Assembly (NCBI GenBank): GCA_038997165.1
Contig: JAWBAK010000001.1
Span: forward strand, 440,917-504,916
Direction: 5' to 3'
Source: Candidatus Aenigmatarchaeota archaeon
Lineage (GTDB): Archaea > Aenigmatarchaeota > Aenigmatarchaeia > CG10238-14 > SpSt-28
DNA length: 64,000 nucleotides
Numbering within the stretch: position 1 is the stretch's first letter; the number at the start of each line of letters is the position of its first letter. Shown here one piece after another: positions 9,969-21,300 of the stretch. Below the pieces are notes generated by a model, which was not told the origin of the DNA, did no database searches, and saw only the letters and a program-made list of their open reading frames with translations. Position numbers and translations under genes: made by a program.

Positions 9969-10375
9969 TGTTGCGACTTTTTCTGCAAAAATTGTTTAAT
10001 TACTTCAAATTCTTCTAATGGTTTTTCTCCCTTTTTAATAATTTTCATATTAATTTGAACAATATCGCTACTAATTGTGTTTCCTCTAACTGTTTTTTTC
10101 TTTCTCTCTCCTTTCTTTCTTGGATGAAAACAGGGTGGAGAAGATAATAAAACTTTTTTCTTTACAGAACCTTCAACATTTGGATGCATTGGAAATCCAT
10201 CTTTATCAGTACCTCCTGTTATTTGAAGTTCGTATCCACTTAATCCGATAATATTTCCATCTATTTTATCTCCAATTTTTTTTCCAATTAGTTGCGGAGC
10301 TAGGGATTGATCTATTTCTATTTGATATGCTTTTCTTGTTTCTGGATCACTTACTACAATTTTCCATACCGGCAT
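9965..10375 (-). CDS. rps6e: 30S ribosomal protein S6e
   Basis: KIVVSDP, LQITGGTDKDGFPM, GERKKKTVRGN. Confidence 0.96.
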   Translation of the reverse strand: MPVWKIVVSDPETRKAYQIEIDQSLAPQLIGKKIGDKIDGNIIGLSGYELQITGGTDKDGFPMHPNVEGSVKKKVLLSSPPCFHPRKKGERKKKTVRGNTISSDIVQINMKIIKKGEKPLEEFEVIKQFLQKKSQQ

Positions 10376-10451
10376 AATTTATTAAAGATATAAATTTATA
10401 TTCATTCTCAGTTTTTAGTTCCTTAATATTTATATATTTATTTATTTTTAT

Positions 10452-12710
10452 TTAAACTTCGATTAATGGCTTAAAATTATTCCAAAGTTTTTTTATTATA
10501 TTTCTAAAATCTTCTGTAACATTCTTTTTATTCAAATCTAAACTTAACTTTTTCCAACCTTTTCCTAGAAACAATTTTCCAATTAAAACTTTCTGTTCAA
10601 ATTCATTAAGTAGATTTTGATAATTAGTTAGAAAATAAAATTTTGCAACTTCTTTTACAACATCTGTAACACTTTCATATGGCAATAAATCTTGTGAAAA
10701 TGCCTCTATTCTTTCTATTTGATTTTTAGTTAACAAGGGAAAATAGTAAGAATTGATAGGTTTGCTTAGTAGTATATATGCACTTTCTAATTCTATATCA
10801 TAATACGCATCAGATAAACTAGCAATTAATCTTTGTTTAAATTCAAAATAAATTTTTTCCACTATTTCTTTAGCTTTATCATTTAATGGCTTAATCCATA
10901 TAGTGCTATATTCTCCACTTGTTTCATTTCTCTTAGAAGAAATATGTAAAGGAACAAAACCGTTTTTTATCCAAAATTTTGCAAGCTTTGGTGAAATACC
11001 AAAAACAGTGCCAATATAATCAACTTTATCTTTGAATTCTTCTTCAATTTTTTTTATTGCATAACTTCCAATACCCAAACTAAATAATTTAGGATGAGTA
11101 GCTATCCTTACTATTCTAATTCCTTTCAATTTAGCAATTTCTTTTTCTCTATAATGTCTTAATAATATTCCTGGAATAATGTTTCCAAAAATCTCTTTAG
11201 CACCTTTTGATAAAATATAATTTATTAAATCGTCATTTAAATTACCTTCAAAACTAAGATGCAATGAATTTATAATTTTTTTTGTATTTTTTACATTAAC
11301 AAATCTGGCAAAATGGTGCGGAGCATCTGCTAATATTCCTAAATCTCTTGGTCTATTTCTATAGTGTGCAATAACATAGATACCAAAAAAATTTCTTAAT
11401 AATTCTTCATCTTCAAACAATTTTTCTATATCTATTTTTGAATATTCATATTCTTCTTTAGATATTTTCATTATATCTTCTTTATCTAATTCACAAGGTT
11501 CGCTATCTAATAAAAGAAAATCAAATATCCATTTTTCTACTTCATCATCAATTGAATATCTTATGGGTTCTTTCATTTCATATTCTATAAATTCGATATT
11601 TTCTTCTTTTAAGAATTCCTTAAATTTTATTTCAAAACTTCTGCCAGAACCTTCATAACCATGAATTGTAGACGAAAATATGCATTTTTCAAAATTTTTT
11701 GCTACTCTAATTAATATATTTGCCGATATTGCTGCTGCTTCGTCAATAATTACTAAGTCATATTTATTTTCTAAAATTTTTATTGGTTCACTATATTCTA
11801 TATAGCAATAATTTGTTATAATTTTATAATTTTCTTTTTTGTACTTAATTTTTAGCTTATTCAATCCAATCTCTAAAAATCTATATAATGTATTTACGTT
11901 TTCTTTTTCTAAGGAGCTTATGCAAATTTTTATTTTGAATTTTCTTTTTTCAAATTTATAAATTAAATTTGCTAAAAAAAGTCCTAAGCTAGATGATTTA
12001 CCTCTACCTCTATTTGCTTTTAATATAAAAACTTTTTTATCACTTTCAAAAAAAATATCTAATAAATTAATTACATTTACTTGATCTTGAGTTTTACAAA
12101 TCTTAAAAATTATTTTTGGTATTTTTGATTTCGGAAAAACTATCTTTTCTTTTTCCATTTTTTCTTTTTCTACTTTTCCAATCTTTTTAATTTCGATGTT
12201 TTCATTTTCAATAGTTACTATTGAAATTGGTTTTCCTTCAAATAATTTTTTTAAAAATCTAGTTTCAAAAACATTTCTTGGCATTTGATCAGAATATACT
12301 AGCAACTTTTTAAATTTATATTGATAGTCTAGAAATTCGTTCAATTTTCTAAAAATAAAAATTATTATTCCTCCACCTTTTATACTATCTACAATTCTTC
12401 CAATATCGTCTGGATGAATATTTTCTCTAAAATCTATAATAGCATTATCAAAGGTTTGACCTAAAATTTTTCTGCTATCTTTAAACTCAAGAAAATAAAA
12501 ATTTAGATTTAAGTTTTCAAACTTAGATTTTTCATTACTTACAAAAATCGAATTCTTACTTTCAATAATTTTAAAAATTTCTTTTAGAAAATCTAAATCT
12601 TTATCGCAAAAAATTGCTAAAATTCTTCTTTCATAGAATTTTTTAGCTTCTTTTTTAAGTTCTAAAACTAATTTTTTAATTTCTTCTAATTTCATATTCC
12701 AAATTTCCAT
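10452..12710 (-). CDS. tmcA: tRNA/rRNA cytidine acetyltransferase TmcA (helicase + GNAT)
   Basis: ANRGRGKSS, IDEAAAI, STIHGYEGSGR, AHYRNRPRDL, RIVRIATHP, FWIKNGF. Confidence 0.94.
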   Translation of the reverse strand: MEIWNMKLEEIKKLVLELKKEAKKFYERRILAIFCDKDLDFLKEIFKIIESKNSIFVSNEKSKFENLNLNFYFLEFKDSRKILGQTFDNAIIDFRENIHPDDIGRIVDSIKGGGIIIFIFRKLNEFLDYQYKFKKLLVYSDQMPRNVFETRFLKKLFEGKPISIVTIENENIEIKKIGKVEKEKMEKEKIVFPKSKIPKIIFKICKTQDQVNVINLLDIFFESDKKVFILKANRGRGKSSSLGLFLANLIYKFEKRKFKIKICISSLEKENVNTLYRFLEIGLNKLKIKYKKENYKIITNYCYIEYSEPIKILENKYDLVIIDEAAAISANILIRVAKNFEKCIFSSTIHGYEGSGRSFEIKFKEFLKEENIEFIEYEMKEPIRYSIDDEVEKWIFDFLLLDSEPCELDKEDIMKISKEEYEYSKIDIEKLFEDEELLRNFFGIYVIAHYRNRPRDLGILADAPHHFARFVNVKNTKKIINSLHLSFEGNLNDDLINYILSKGAKEIFGNIIPGILLRHYREKEIAKLKGIRIVRIATHPKLFSLGIGSYAIKKIEEEFKDKVDYIGTVFGISPKLAKFWIKNGFVPLHISSKRNETSGEYSTIWIKPLNDKAKEIVEKIYFEFKQRLIASLSDAYYDIELESAYILLSKPINSYYFPLLTKNQIERIEAFSQDLLPYESVTDVVKEVAKFYFLTNYQNLLNEFEQKVLIGKLFLGKGWKKLSLDLNKKNVTEDFRNIIKKLWNNFKPLIEV

Positions 12711-13314
12711 AAGGTAAAATCACTTTTGAATCAAAGAAATAAGAAGTATTTGATGAGATTAAAATTCCATCTCTATAGATATTCCCTTCTTTATTAATTA
12801 GAGATTTCACATCTATTCTAATATCTAAATTTAATGGAAAATCAAAAAAGTTTTTTATTAAAATTTTATATGAATTTTCAAAAGCAATTAATTTAACAAA
12901 ATTTCCTACATCTCTTTTCTCTACTTCTTTTATTATGAATTCTCTAATTTCTGAAGAAATACATACTTTATCTTCAATATAATTTACTTCTATTATTTCT
13001 CCAGTTTTTAAATAAAAAGTAGCGTTCTTTGGTAAATCGTAACAGTAAAAACTTCTTTTAATTAGATACGGATAATTTATTTTATATTCATAAGTTCTTT
13101 CAATAATATAAAAACTACTTTCTATATCTTTTCTTATCCAAATAAAGGCATTAGATATTTCAAACTTCCTAATAAGAGTTAATTTTGGAGTTTCTAAAAA
13201 TTTATATAAATTAAAATAAAAAAGAGAAATTGAAATAGTTAAAATTAGAGTTATGAAAAATCTTTTTATTGCAAGATTTTCTTTCAATCTTTTTATCTTA
13301 TCTAATCTTACCAT
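12676..13314 (-). CDS. hypothetical protein with one N-terminal TM helix
   Basis: 212-aa ORF packed between ABCE1 and tmcA; hydrophobic stretch FFITLILTISISLFYF. Confidence 0.7.
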   Translation of the reverse strand: MVRLDKIKRLKENLAIKRFFITLILTISISLFYFNLYKFLETPKLTLIRKFEISNAFIWIRKDIESSFYIIERTYEYKINYPYLIKRSFYCYDLPKNATFYLKTGEIIEVNYIEDKVCISSEIREFIIKEVEKRDVGNFVKLIAFENSYKILIKNFFDFPLNLDIRIDVKSLINKEGNIYRDGILISSNTSYFFDSKVILPYGNLEYEIRRN

Positions 13315-13316
13315 AA

Positions 13317-15068
13317 TTAAACATCAAAATAAATTCCTTTTTCTTTTTGTTCTCTATCTATTTTTGAATCGAATTTATTAATTCTTGGTCTATTTGTTTC
13401 TTTATCTTTTCTAAATGTAATTTGAAATTCTTTTAAAAATTCATTTATCCCATCTTTTAATTCATAGATTTTAGCTTTACCAAATGTTCCTGGATTACCT
13501 TTAAATAGCAATATTCTATGCGAAATGTAAGAAATAAAAGTTAAGTCATGATCAATAACTAAAAAACTTTTTTCTCTATTTTCAATAAAATTTTTTAAAT
13601 TTTTTATTAAAGATATTCTTTCTTCGATATCTAAAAAAGCAGACGGTTCATCTAAAATATATAAATCGGAATCTTTTAATAAACAGGCAGCTATTGCAAC
13701 CCTTTGCATTTCACCACCACTCAAATTTTTTACATTTTTCAGCAAAATTCTCTGTAAGTTTAGGGGAAATATTATTTCTTTTATTTCATTTTCACCAATT
13801 TTTTTAATTGAATTTAAATATTCTTCAACAGTTCCATCAAAATCTATATTAATAAATTGAGGTTTATAAGAAATAGAAATGCTTAAATTTAAGTTACTTT
13901 CAATTTCTTTAGCTAAAATTTTTGCAAAAGTAGTTTTTCCAAGAGCATTAGCTCCGATTACACCAATTATTTCCTTTTTTCTTATTTCAAAACTTTCAAC
14001 AAATAATTTAAATGAATCTAATTTTTTTTCAAAACTTTCAATTTTTATTAGAATTTCGTTTTTTGGTTGAATTTGTTGAGCTTTTTCAAACTTAATTTCG
14101 AAATCTCTAAACTTAATGTTTTCTTCTTTTATATAACCTTCAAAAAAATTATTAATACCGACTCTAGCTGATAATAAGTTACTTACAATTCCATATACAG
14201 ATGGCATTCCATAAAATATATGAATATAATCGCATAATGCATCTAAAAATGCTATGTCATGATCAACAATTATTGATGATTTGTCTTTTAAATGTTTCCT
14301 AAAAATATTAATTAAATTAAATCTTTGAGATATATCTAGAAAAGTTGTTGGTTCATCAAAATAATAAAAATCTGCATTTTTTGCTAACGAAATAGAAATT
14401 GCTAATGCTTGCAATTCTCCGCCACTAAGATTTTCAATATTTTTTTCTAAGATAGAAATTCCAAATTCGTTTAAAATAAGAAATATCTTTTCTTTATCTT
14501 CTTTTAAACTATCGATAATATCTTTAACTTTTCCTTTTAGAAGTTTTGGAATTAAATCAACTCTTTGTGGCTTATAAGAAAGCCTCACTTTATTTTCTTT
14601 TAATTTTTCTAAATAATTTTGAATTTCTTTACCTCTAAAAATTTTTATTAAATCTGAAATTTCATATTCTTTATCAATTTCACCAAAATTCGGTTTAATT
14701 TCTCCTATTAATATTTTTAACGAAGATGTTTTTCCAATACCATTTGGACCAATTATACCAACTATTTTATTTTCTATCGGAAAAGGTAAATTGTATAATT
14801 CAAAACCATTTATCCCAAATCTATGTATTGGTTTTTGATCTAATGGTTTTGGAAAATTTACAATTCTTATTGCATCAAATGGACAAACTTTAATACATAT
14901 ACCACAACCAATACAAAGATCTTCATCTATAGCGACTATATTTTTTTCTTCGTTGAAATAGACAGCTTTTTTATTATTTGTAGTTATTGGGCATTTAGAT
15001 ATACAAACTAGATTACATTTATCAAATCTACATAGTTCTCTATCTATTACTGCAATTCTTTTCTTCAT
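13317..15068 (-). CDS. rli: ribosome recycling ATPase ABCE1/RLI
   Basis: N-terminal 2x[4Fe-4S] Cys pattern (CIGCGICIKVCP), two ABC cassettes (GPNGIGKT, GANALGKT, LSGGE, DEP). Confidence 0.97.
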   Translation of the reverse strand: MKKRIAVIDRELCRFDKCNLVCISKCPITTNNKKAVYFNEEKNIVAIDEDLCIGCGICIKVCPFDAIRIVNFPKPLDQKPIHRFGINGFELYNLPFPIENKIVGIIGPNGIGKTSSLKILIGEIKPNFGEIDKEYEISDLIKIFRGKEIQNYLEKLKENKVRLSYKPQRVDLIPKLLKGKVKDIIDSLKEDKEKIFLILNEFGISILEKNIENLSGGELQALAISISLAKNADFYYFDEPTTFLDISQRFNLINIFRKHLKDKSSIIVDHDIAFLDALCDYIHIFYGMPSVYGIVSNLLSARVGINNFFEGYIKEENIKFRDFEIKFEKAQQIQPKNEILIKIESFEKKLDSFKLFVESFEIRKKEIIGVIGANALGKTTFAKILAKEIESNLNLSISISYKPQFINIDFDGTVEEYLNSIKKIGENEIKEIIFPLNLQRILLKNVKNLSGGEMQRVAIAACLLKDSDLYILDEPSAFLDIEERISLIKNLKNFIENREKSFLVIDHDLTFISYISHRILLFKGNPGTFGKAKIYELKDGINEFLKEFQITFRKDKETNRPRINKFDSKIDREQKEKGIYFDV

Positions 15069-15169
15069 AAAGCATTTAAATTTCTTTTCGAAATATATTT
15101 GAAACGAATAGTAATGTTTAACATTAATGAAAGAAATTAATATAAATCTTTAATGCTATTTATATTTAT

Positions 15170-18100
15170 ATGAAATACATAAAATTTTTAAAAGAATTAA
15201 GTAAAAACGATGTAAATATTGCTGGTGGAAAAGGTGCAAATCTCGGCGAATTAATAAATTCTGGAATACCAGTTCCTAATGGTTTTGTTGTTTTAGGAAA
15301 TGCATATAGGGAGCATATAGTTAGAAATAGAATAGATAAAAAAATTAAAGAAATTTTAGATCAAACAGATGTTGATAATACAGAGCAACTAGAAAAAAAT
15401 ACTGAAAAAATTCGAGAATTAATAAAAAGTGCGCCAATGCCAAAAGATGTAGAAAAAGAAATTATTGAGGCTTATAAAAAACTAAGTGAAATTGAAGGTG
15501 GTAAAGAAATTTATGTTGTCGCTAGAAGCAGTGCTACTGCAGAAGATATAAAAGAGGCAAGTTTTGCTGGTCAGCAAGAAACAATTTTAAATGTAAAGGG
15601 AGTAGAAAATGTTTTAAATGCGGTTAAAAAGTGTTGGGCTTCGTTATTTACTGCTAGAGCAACATTCTATAGAACAAAAAAAGGATTCGATCATTTAAAA
15701 GTTGATATTGCTGTAGTAATTCAAAAACAACTTGGAAAAATTTCTAAAGAAGAGTATTTAAAAGGTAAATATGTTGCTGGTGTAGCCTTTACAATACATC
15801 CAGCGAGTGGAGATAAAAATAAAATAGTTATTGAAGCTCATTATGGTCAGGGAGAAGCTGTTGTTAGTGGATATGTTACTCCAGATACTTTTGTTATAGA
15901 TAAAAGAACAGGAAAAATTTTAGAAAAACATATATCTAAAAAAACAAAAATGAAAATAGCAAGCGGAGATTTTGGATTAGAAGAAGTAGAAGTTCCTAAA
16001 GAATTAAGTGAGATTCCATGCTTAAATGATAAAATTTTAAGAGAATTGTGGAAAATTTTATTAAAAATTGAAAAACATTATAATTTTCCACAAGATGTTG
16101 AATATGTAGTTGAAAACGAAAAAATTTATATAGTTCAATCAAGACCTGTAACTGCATTTTTTGAAAAAAAATTAGATGAAATTAATATAAAAATAAAACC
16201 GATATTAAAGGGTTTAGCTGCTAGTGGTGGAATTGCAATAGGAAGAGTAAAAATTTTAAAGGATGCTTCAGAAATTAATAAAATAGAAGAGGGAGATATT
16301 TTGGTAACTACTATGACCGAACCAGATATGGTTCCTGCTATGAAAAAAGCAGCTGCGATAATTACAGATGAAGGTGGAATGACTTGCTTAGCTCCTAATA
16401 CAAAATTAATAACAAATTATGGTATTTTGGAAGCAGAAAAAGTTTATAAGTTAGTTGCTGAGGATAAAGTTGTTTATCTTTTATCAATGAATTTAGAAAA
16501 AAAATTAGTTTGGAAAAGAATTATAGCTGCAGGAAGAAGAAAAGACTATATTTATAAAATTTTTATAAGAGATTTTTTTGATGCTATCTATTTAACTAAA
16601 GATCATAAAGCAATAATTTTTGAAGATAGTCAAATTAAGAAAGTTCCTATTGAAATTTTATATAAGAGAAACATTCCATTAATTTCCATAGTTGATATAC
16701 CAGAAAAATTAATAAGTATAAACTCTAAAAAATTGGCATATTTAATAGGTAGTCTAATTGCTACAAAAAAATTATCAGAAATTATTGAAAATATAAATAG
16801 AGATAATTCTTATCAAATTCAAATATTAAAATCTGAATTATTAGAATTTGAAAATACATTTTTAATTAAGATATTAAATAATTTAGAAATATTTGTTTTA
16901 AATTTGGATAAGGAATCTACAAAATATTTTCTAAAAGGTTTGTTAAGTGTAAATAATTCTATTGAAATATGGGAAGAAAATTTAATCAAAGCAATATCTC
17001 TTGCTTTAATTAAAATCGGAGTTTTACCAGATATGATCAATGGCAAATTAATACTGAAAAAGGATAAATTAAAAAGAAGGAAAATCTTAAGATTTCCAAT
17101 TAATTTTATTTCGAAAGAAAAATATGATTATGTTTATAATTTTGAAGTCTATGGAAGTAATGAATTAGAAAAAAATTATATAATTTTATCTGAAAATTTT
17201 GTTCCAATATTAGTATCTAATTCACATGCTGCAATAGTAAGTAGAGAAATGGGAATTCCTTGTATAGTTGGAACAAAGGAAGCAACAAAAGTTTTAGTTG
17301 AAAATCAAATTGTTACTGTAGATGCATATAGGGGTTATGTATATGATGGAAAAGTTGAGGAATTATTAAAATATATTAAGAGCGAAGAGGTTGAAGTTGA
17401 AGAAGTTAAAAAATTAAAAACTAAAGCAAAGATATTGATGAATTTAGGAGTTCCAGAAGCAATTAAAAAGTATAGAAATTTACCATTTGAAGGAATAGGT
17501 TTAATGAGAATAGAATTTATAATTGGAAGTTATATAAAATATCATCCAAACTATTTAATTGAGCAGAGAAAAGAAGATGAATATATAAACAAGTTAGCAG
17601 AAGGAATTGCTTTAGTTGCAAAAGAAATATATCCTAGATTTGTTGTCGTAAGATTTAGTGATTTTAAAACAAACGAATATGCAGCATTAATTGGTGGAGA
17701 AAAATACGAGCCAAAAGAAAATAATCCAATGCTTGGTTGGAGAGGGGCATCTAGATATATAAGTAAGGAATTTGAGAATGCATTTAGATTAGAATGTAGA
17801 GCTATAAAAAAGGTTAGAGATGAATATAAGCTTAAAAATGTTTGGGTTATGATACCATTTGTACGAACTGTTGAAGAATTAGAAAAAGTATTAAAGATAA
17901 TGGAAGAAGAAGGATTAAAAAGAAGTGAAGATTTTAAAGTTTGGATGATGGCTGAGGTTCCAAGTAATGTATTTTTAGTTGATAAGTTTTCAAAATATGT
18001 TGATGGTTTCTCTATTGGATCTAATGATTTAACTCAACTAATTTTAGGAGTTGATAGAGATTCTGCGTTATTAGCAAGATTAGGATATTTTGATGAAAGA

Positions 18101-18313
18101 AATGAAGCTGTTTTAAGAGCTATTGAATATTTAATAAAAGAAGCACATAAAAATAAAGTAACTGTAAGTATTTGTGGACAAGCTCCAAGTGTATATCCGG
18201 AATTTACTGAATTTCTAGTTAAAGCTGGAATTGACTCAATTAGTGTAAACCCAGATGTAGTAATAAAAACTAAAAAATTAGTTTATGAAGTTGAGAAAAA
18301 ATTAAAAAGATAA
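15170..18313 (+). CDS. ppsA: phosphoenolpyruvate synthase precursor containing an intein
   Basis: GGKGANLGE, RSSATAED, SFAGQQET, phospho-His motif T|SHAAIVSRE split by the intein, NPMLGWRG, SIGSNDLTQ, ICGQAPS. Confidence 0.96.
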   Translation: MKYIKFLKELSKNDVNIAGGKGANLGELINSGIPVPNGFVVLGNAYREHIVRNRIDKKIKEILDQTDVDNTEQLEKNTEKIRELIKSAPMPKDVEKEIIEAYKKLSEIEGGKEIYVVARSSATAEDIKEASFAGQQETILNVKGVENVLNAVKKCWASLFTARATFYRTKKGFDHLKVDIAVVIQKQLGKISKEEYLKGKYVAGVAFTIHPASGDKNKIVIEAHYGQGEAVVSGYVTPDTFVIDKRTGKILEKHISKKTKMKIASGDFGLEEVEVPKELSEIPCLNDKILRELWKILLKIEKHYNFPQDVEYVVENEKIYIVQSRPVTAFFEKKLDEINIKIKPILKGLAASGGIAIGRVKILKDASEINKIEEGDILVTTMTEPDMVPAMKKAAAIITDEGGMTCLAPNTKLITNYGILEAEKVYKLVAEDKVVYLLSMNLEKKLVWKRIIAAGRRKDYIYKIFIRDFFDAIYLTKDHKAIIFEDSQIKKVPIEILYKRNIPLISIVDIPEKLISINSKKLAYLIGSLIATKKLSEIIENINRDNSYQIQILKSELLEFENTFLIKILNNLEIFVLNLDKESTKYFLKGLLSVNNSIEIWEENLIKAISLALIKIGVLPDMINGKLILKKDKLKRRKILRFPINFISKEKYDYVYNFEVYGSNELEKNYIILSENFVPILVSNSHAAIVSREMGIPCIVGTKEATKVLVENQIVTVDAYRGYVYDGKVEELLKYIKSEEVEVEEVKKLKTKAKILMNLGVPEAIKKYRNLPFEGIGLMRIEFIIGSYIKYHPNYLIEQRKEDEYINKLAEGIALVAKEIYPRFVVVRFSDFKTNEYAALIGGEKYEPKENNPMLGWRGASRYISKEFENAFRLECRAIKKVRDEYKLKNVWVMIPFVRTVEELEKVLKIMEEEGLKRSEDFKVWMMAEVPSNVFLVDKFSKYVDGFSIGSNDLTQLILGVDRDSALLARLGYFDERNEAVLRAIEYLIKEAHKNKVTVSICGQAPSVYPEFTEFLVKAGIDSISVNPDVVIKTKKLVYEVEKKLKR
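16385..17221 (+). mobile_element. intein (279 aa) in PpsA with degenerate LAGLIDADG endonuclease remnant
   Basis: Begins CLAPNTKL after GGMT; block B LTKDH, block F VYNFEV; ends VSN followed by +1 Ser of SHAAIV. Removing it restores GGMTSHAAIVSRE. Confidence 0.93.
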
Positions 18314-18319
18314 AGTTAA

Positions 18320-21300
18320 TTAAAAAATATTCTTAATTTCCATACTTTCTCTGTAAATTTCTTTTAAAATTTCTAGATAATCAATTTTATTTTCTTCAAT
18401 TAAATCCATTTTTCTTTCTAAATCTCTAGTTAATTCTTCGCTAATGTATTTTTCAAACTTAGCTTTTAAATATTGATAAACTTCTTTTCCTCTTTTTGTA
18501 GCAATAAGTTTATTTTTTCTAGAAATAGCATACTTTCTTTCTAAAATTTTTGAAATAATTGTTGCATAAGTTGAAGGCCTTCCTATTCCTCTTTCTTTCA
18601 TCAAAGAAATTATATCTCCTTGAGAAAAAAGAGAAATAGAAGGTTTTCTGAAATAATCTTTTTCAGGATCAAAAGATTTTATTTCATATTTTCCTTCTTT
18701 TAATTCAATTTTTTTTATCTTTATTATTTTTGTAAATCCTTCTTCAATAATTTTTGTAATAAATTCTTCTTCTTTTTCTAAATCTAATAATTTAAATTTA
18801 AATTTTGTTTTTTCAACTTTTGCAGGTTTCATTTGGCTAGCAATAAATCTTTTAAAAATTAAGTCATAGAGTAATAAATGATCTTTAGTAATTTTAACTG
18901 GTAATTGTAATAGTTTTAATCTAAGCAATTCAATTAATCTCTCAGAATCTATAGGTTTTGTAGGTCTTATACATTCATGAGCACCTTCTTTCTCCCAACT
19001 TCTCGGATAAAAAATTTTTTCTTCAAAGTTTTGAATAATATATTCTTTGGCTATATTTATTCCAAATGAAGAAACTGTAGTAGAATCTGTTCTATGATAA
19101 GTTATTAAACCACTTTCAAACAATTCTTGAGCAATTTTCATTGTTTTATTTGAATCAAATTTTAAAATATTTGAAGCGTCTTTTAATAAAGTATCGGTAG
19201 TGTATGGTGGCAATGGATTTAAAATTTCTTCTCTAACTTCAACAACTTTAACTTCAACATATGGATAATTTACAATTTTTTCAAAAAATTTCTCTTTCTC
19301 TTCTTTCTTTAATTTTTCAAATTCAAAAATAATTTTAATATTATCGAATTTTATTCTTAAATAGTCTTTTATACTATTTTTACTTTCTTCTGTTCTTTGA
19401 ATTATCCAACCTAGTACTGGGGTTTGAACCCTACCTGCAGATAATGTTTTTCTATTAAACTTTTCTTGAACTTTTTGGCTTAATTCAAAACCAAACCATC
19501 TGTCTTCAATTCTTCTAACAATTTGAGATTTAACTAAGTTTAAATTTATTTCTCTAGGATTATTTATTGCATTTCTAATAGCTCTATATGTTATTTCATG
19601 AAATTCTAATCTTTTAATTTTTTTATTAAAAAATCTTAAGAAATTTGCTATATCAAATCCTATTTTTTCTCCTTCTGCATCTGGATCAGTTGCTATTAGT
19701 ATTTCATCTACTTCTAAACTTAAATCTCTTAGAACATTTAAAATATTAATCTTATCTAATAGCTTTTCATTATCTTTTGGACAAAAAGAAATATTATCTG
19801 TATATTGAGAATTACATTTTGGACAAATCTTTATAGTTCCGTATATTGGAATAAAGTTATTATCTTTGACTAAAACTCCGTGAAATCCCTCTTTTGTTAC
19901 TAAATCGAAAACATGTCCTATACTAGCTGTTATTAGCAATATATAATCGCCAGTTGAAACTTCATAAATTCTTATACCATCTATATCTCTAATTGCTGGC
20001 GTTCCAAAGAACTTTGCAATTGTTTTTGCTTTTGTAGGACTTTCAACAATTAATAAACCTATTTTTAATAATTCTTTTAGCTTTTTTATTTCTAATTTCC
20101 CTTCTTTTATTTTTCTTATTAATTCTCTATCTTTATTAATTTCATTTAAAATTTTTTCTAAATTAACATCCTTTATATTTTTAAATTCTGCTTTTTCGTC
20201 AAACCATTTAATTTTCTCTTTTAAACTATTGAATGCTTTTTCTTCATCGATTAAAACTAAGCTTAAACCTTTTGAAATTCCTCCCGCATATAATCTGCTT
20301 GTTCTTCCACTTGCTTGAATATATGCTTGAACATCAGCAATTACAAAATAAAACTCTTCTTTATTTTCTTCAAAAACAAGCTTCTTACTATTTTTTAATT
20401 TTTCTATAAAATTCTTATTTTTTAATAAATCTTTTATAAACTCATAACTTTCTTTTAAAACTTGTCTACAATATTCTAAAAATCCTTCTAATTTTTTGTT
20501 TTGATTAATAGCTTCTATTACAATTTTTGCATTCTCTTCACTTAAACTTCCTATCTTTCTTAATTTGTTTATAATTAAATCTAGCTTATCTTTTTCCTCT
20601 TCTTTTTCTAAATATTCCCTTAAGTGTAATAGTAGCATTATTATTTTTCCAGGTCTAAATTCAGAGAGATCAATTCTAATTTTAAATTTTGGTACTCCAG
20701 CAAAAATTGCATATCTTATCACTTCTGGCAAATCTATTCCTCTAGCTAAGGGACTTCTATAAGAAGCAATTCCAATCAATACTTGTATATTTCCAGAAAT
20801 AAAATCATTAATTATTGATAATTTTGTTTTTTCTAGAGTTTTTGCGTTTATTCCTTTCGAATTTAAAAACTCTTCTAATTTTTTTGCATATTCAATTCCT
20901 TTATCCATAGGAACAAAAATTAAGCCTCCATTACCGAATTTTTTAACATATTCATAAACTTTTTCTTCAATGTTTTTTTCGAATTCATAAACATCTTCTA
21001 CATTCCTTATTCCTTCTATTCTTGTTCCAATTTGAAAGTTTAATAATTCGTTAAATAACATTACTCTTTTTGTTTTTGCTCTTACAGAAGCTCCACTTAC
21101 AATTAAAATTTTATTTATTGGTAAGGAATTTTTGATAATTTTTTTATTTTCTTCTATCTTTTCTTCTATATTTTTTCTTTCTTCTTCAGATGCAAAAATT
21201 AAACTTCTTCTCAATTCTACATTTTCCATTGCTTTTTCTATTATTTCATCACTAAATCCTAAAAGATTTAAAACCTTATTTATATTTTTAGAAGCTTTTA

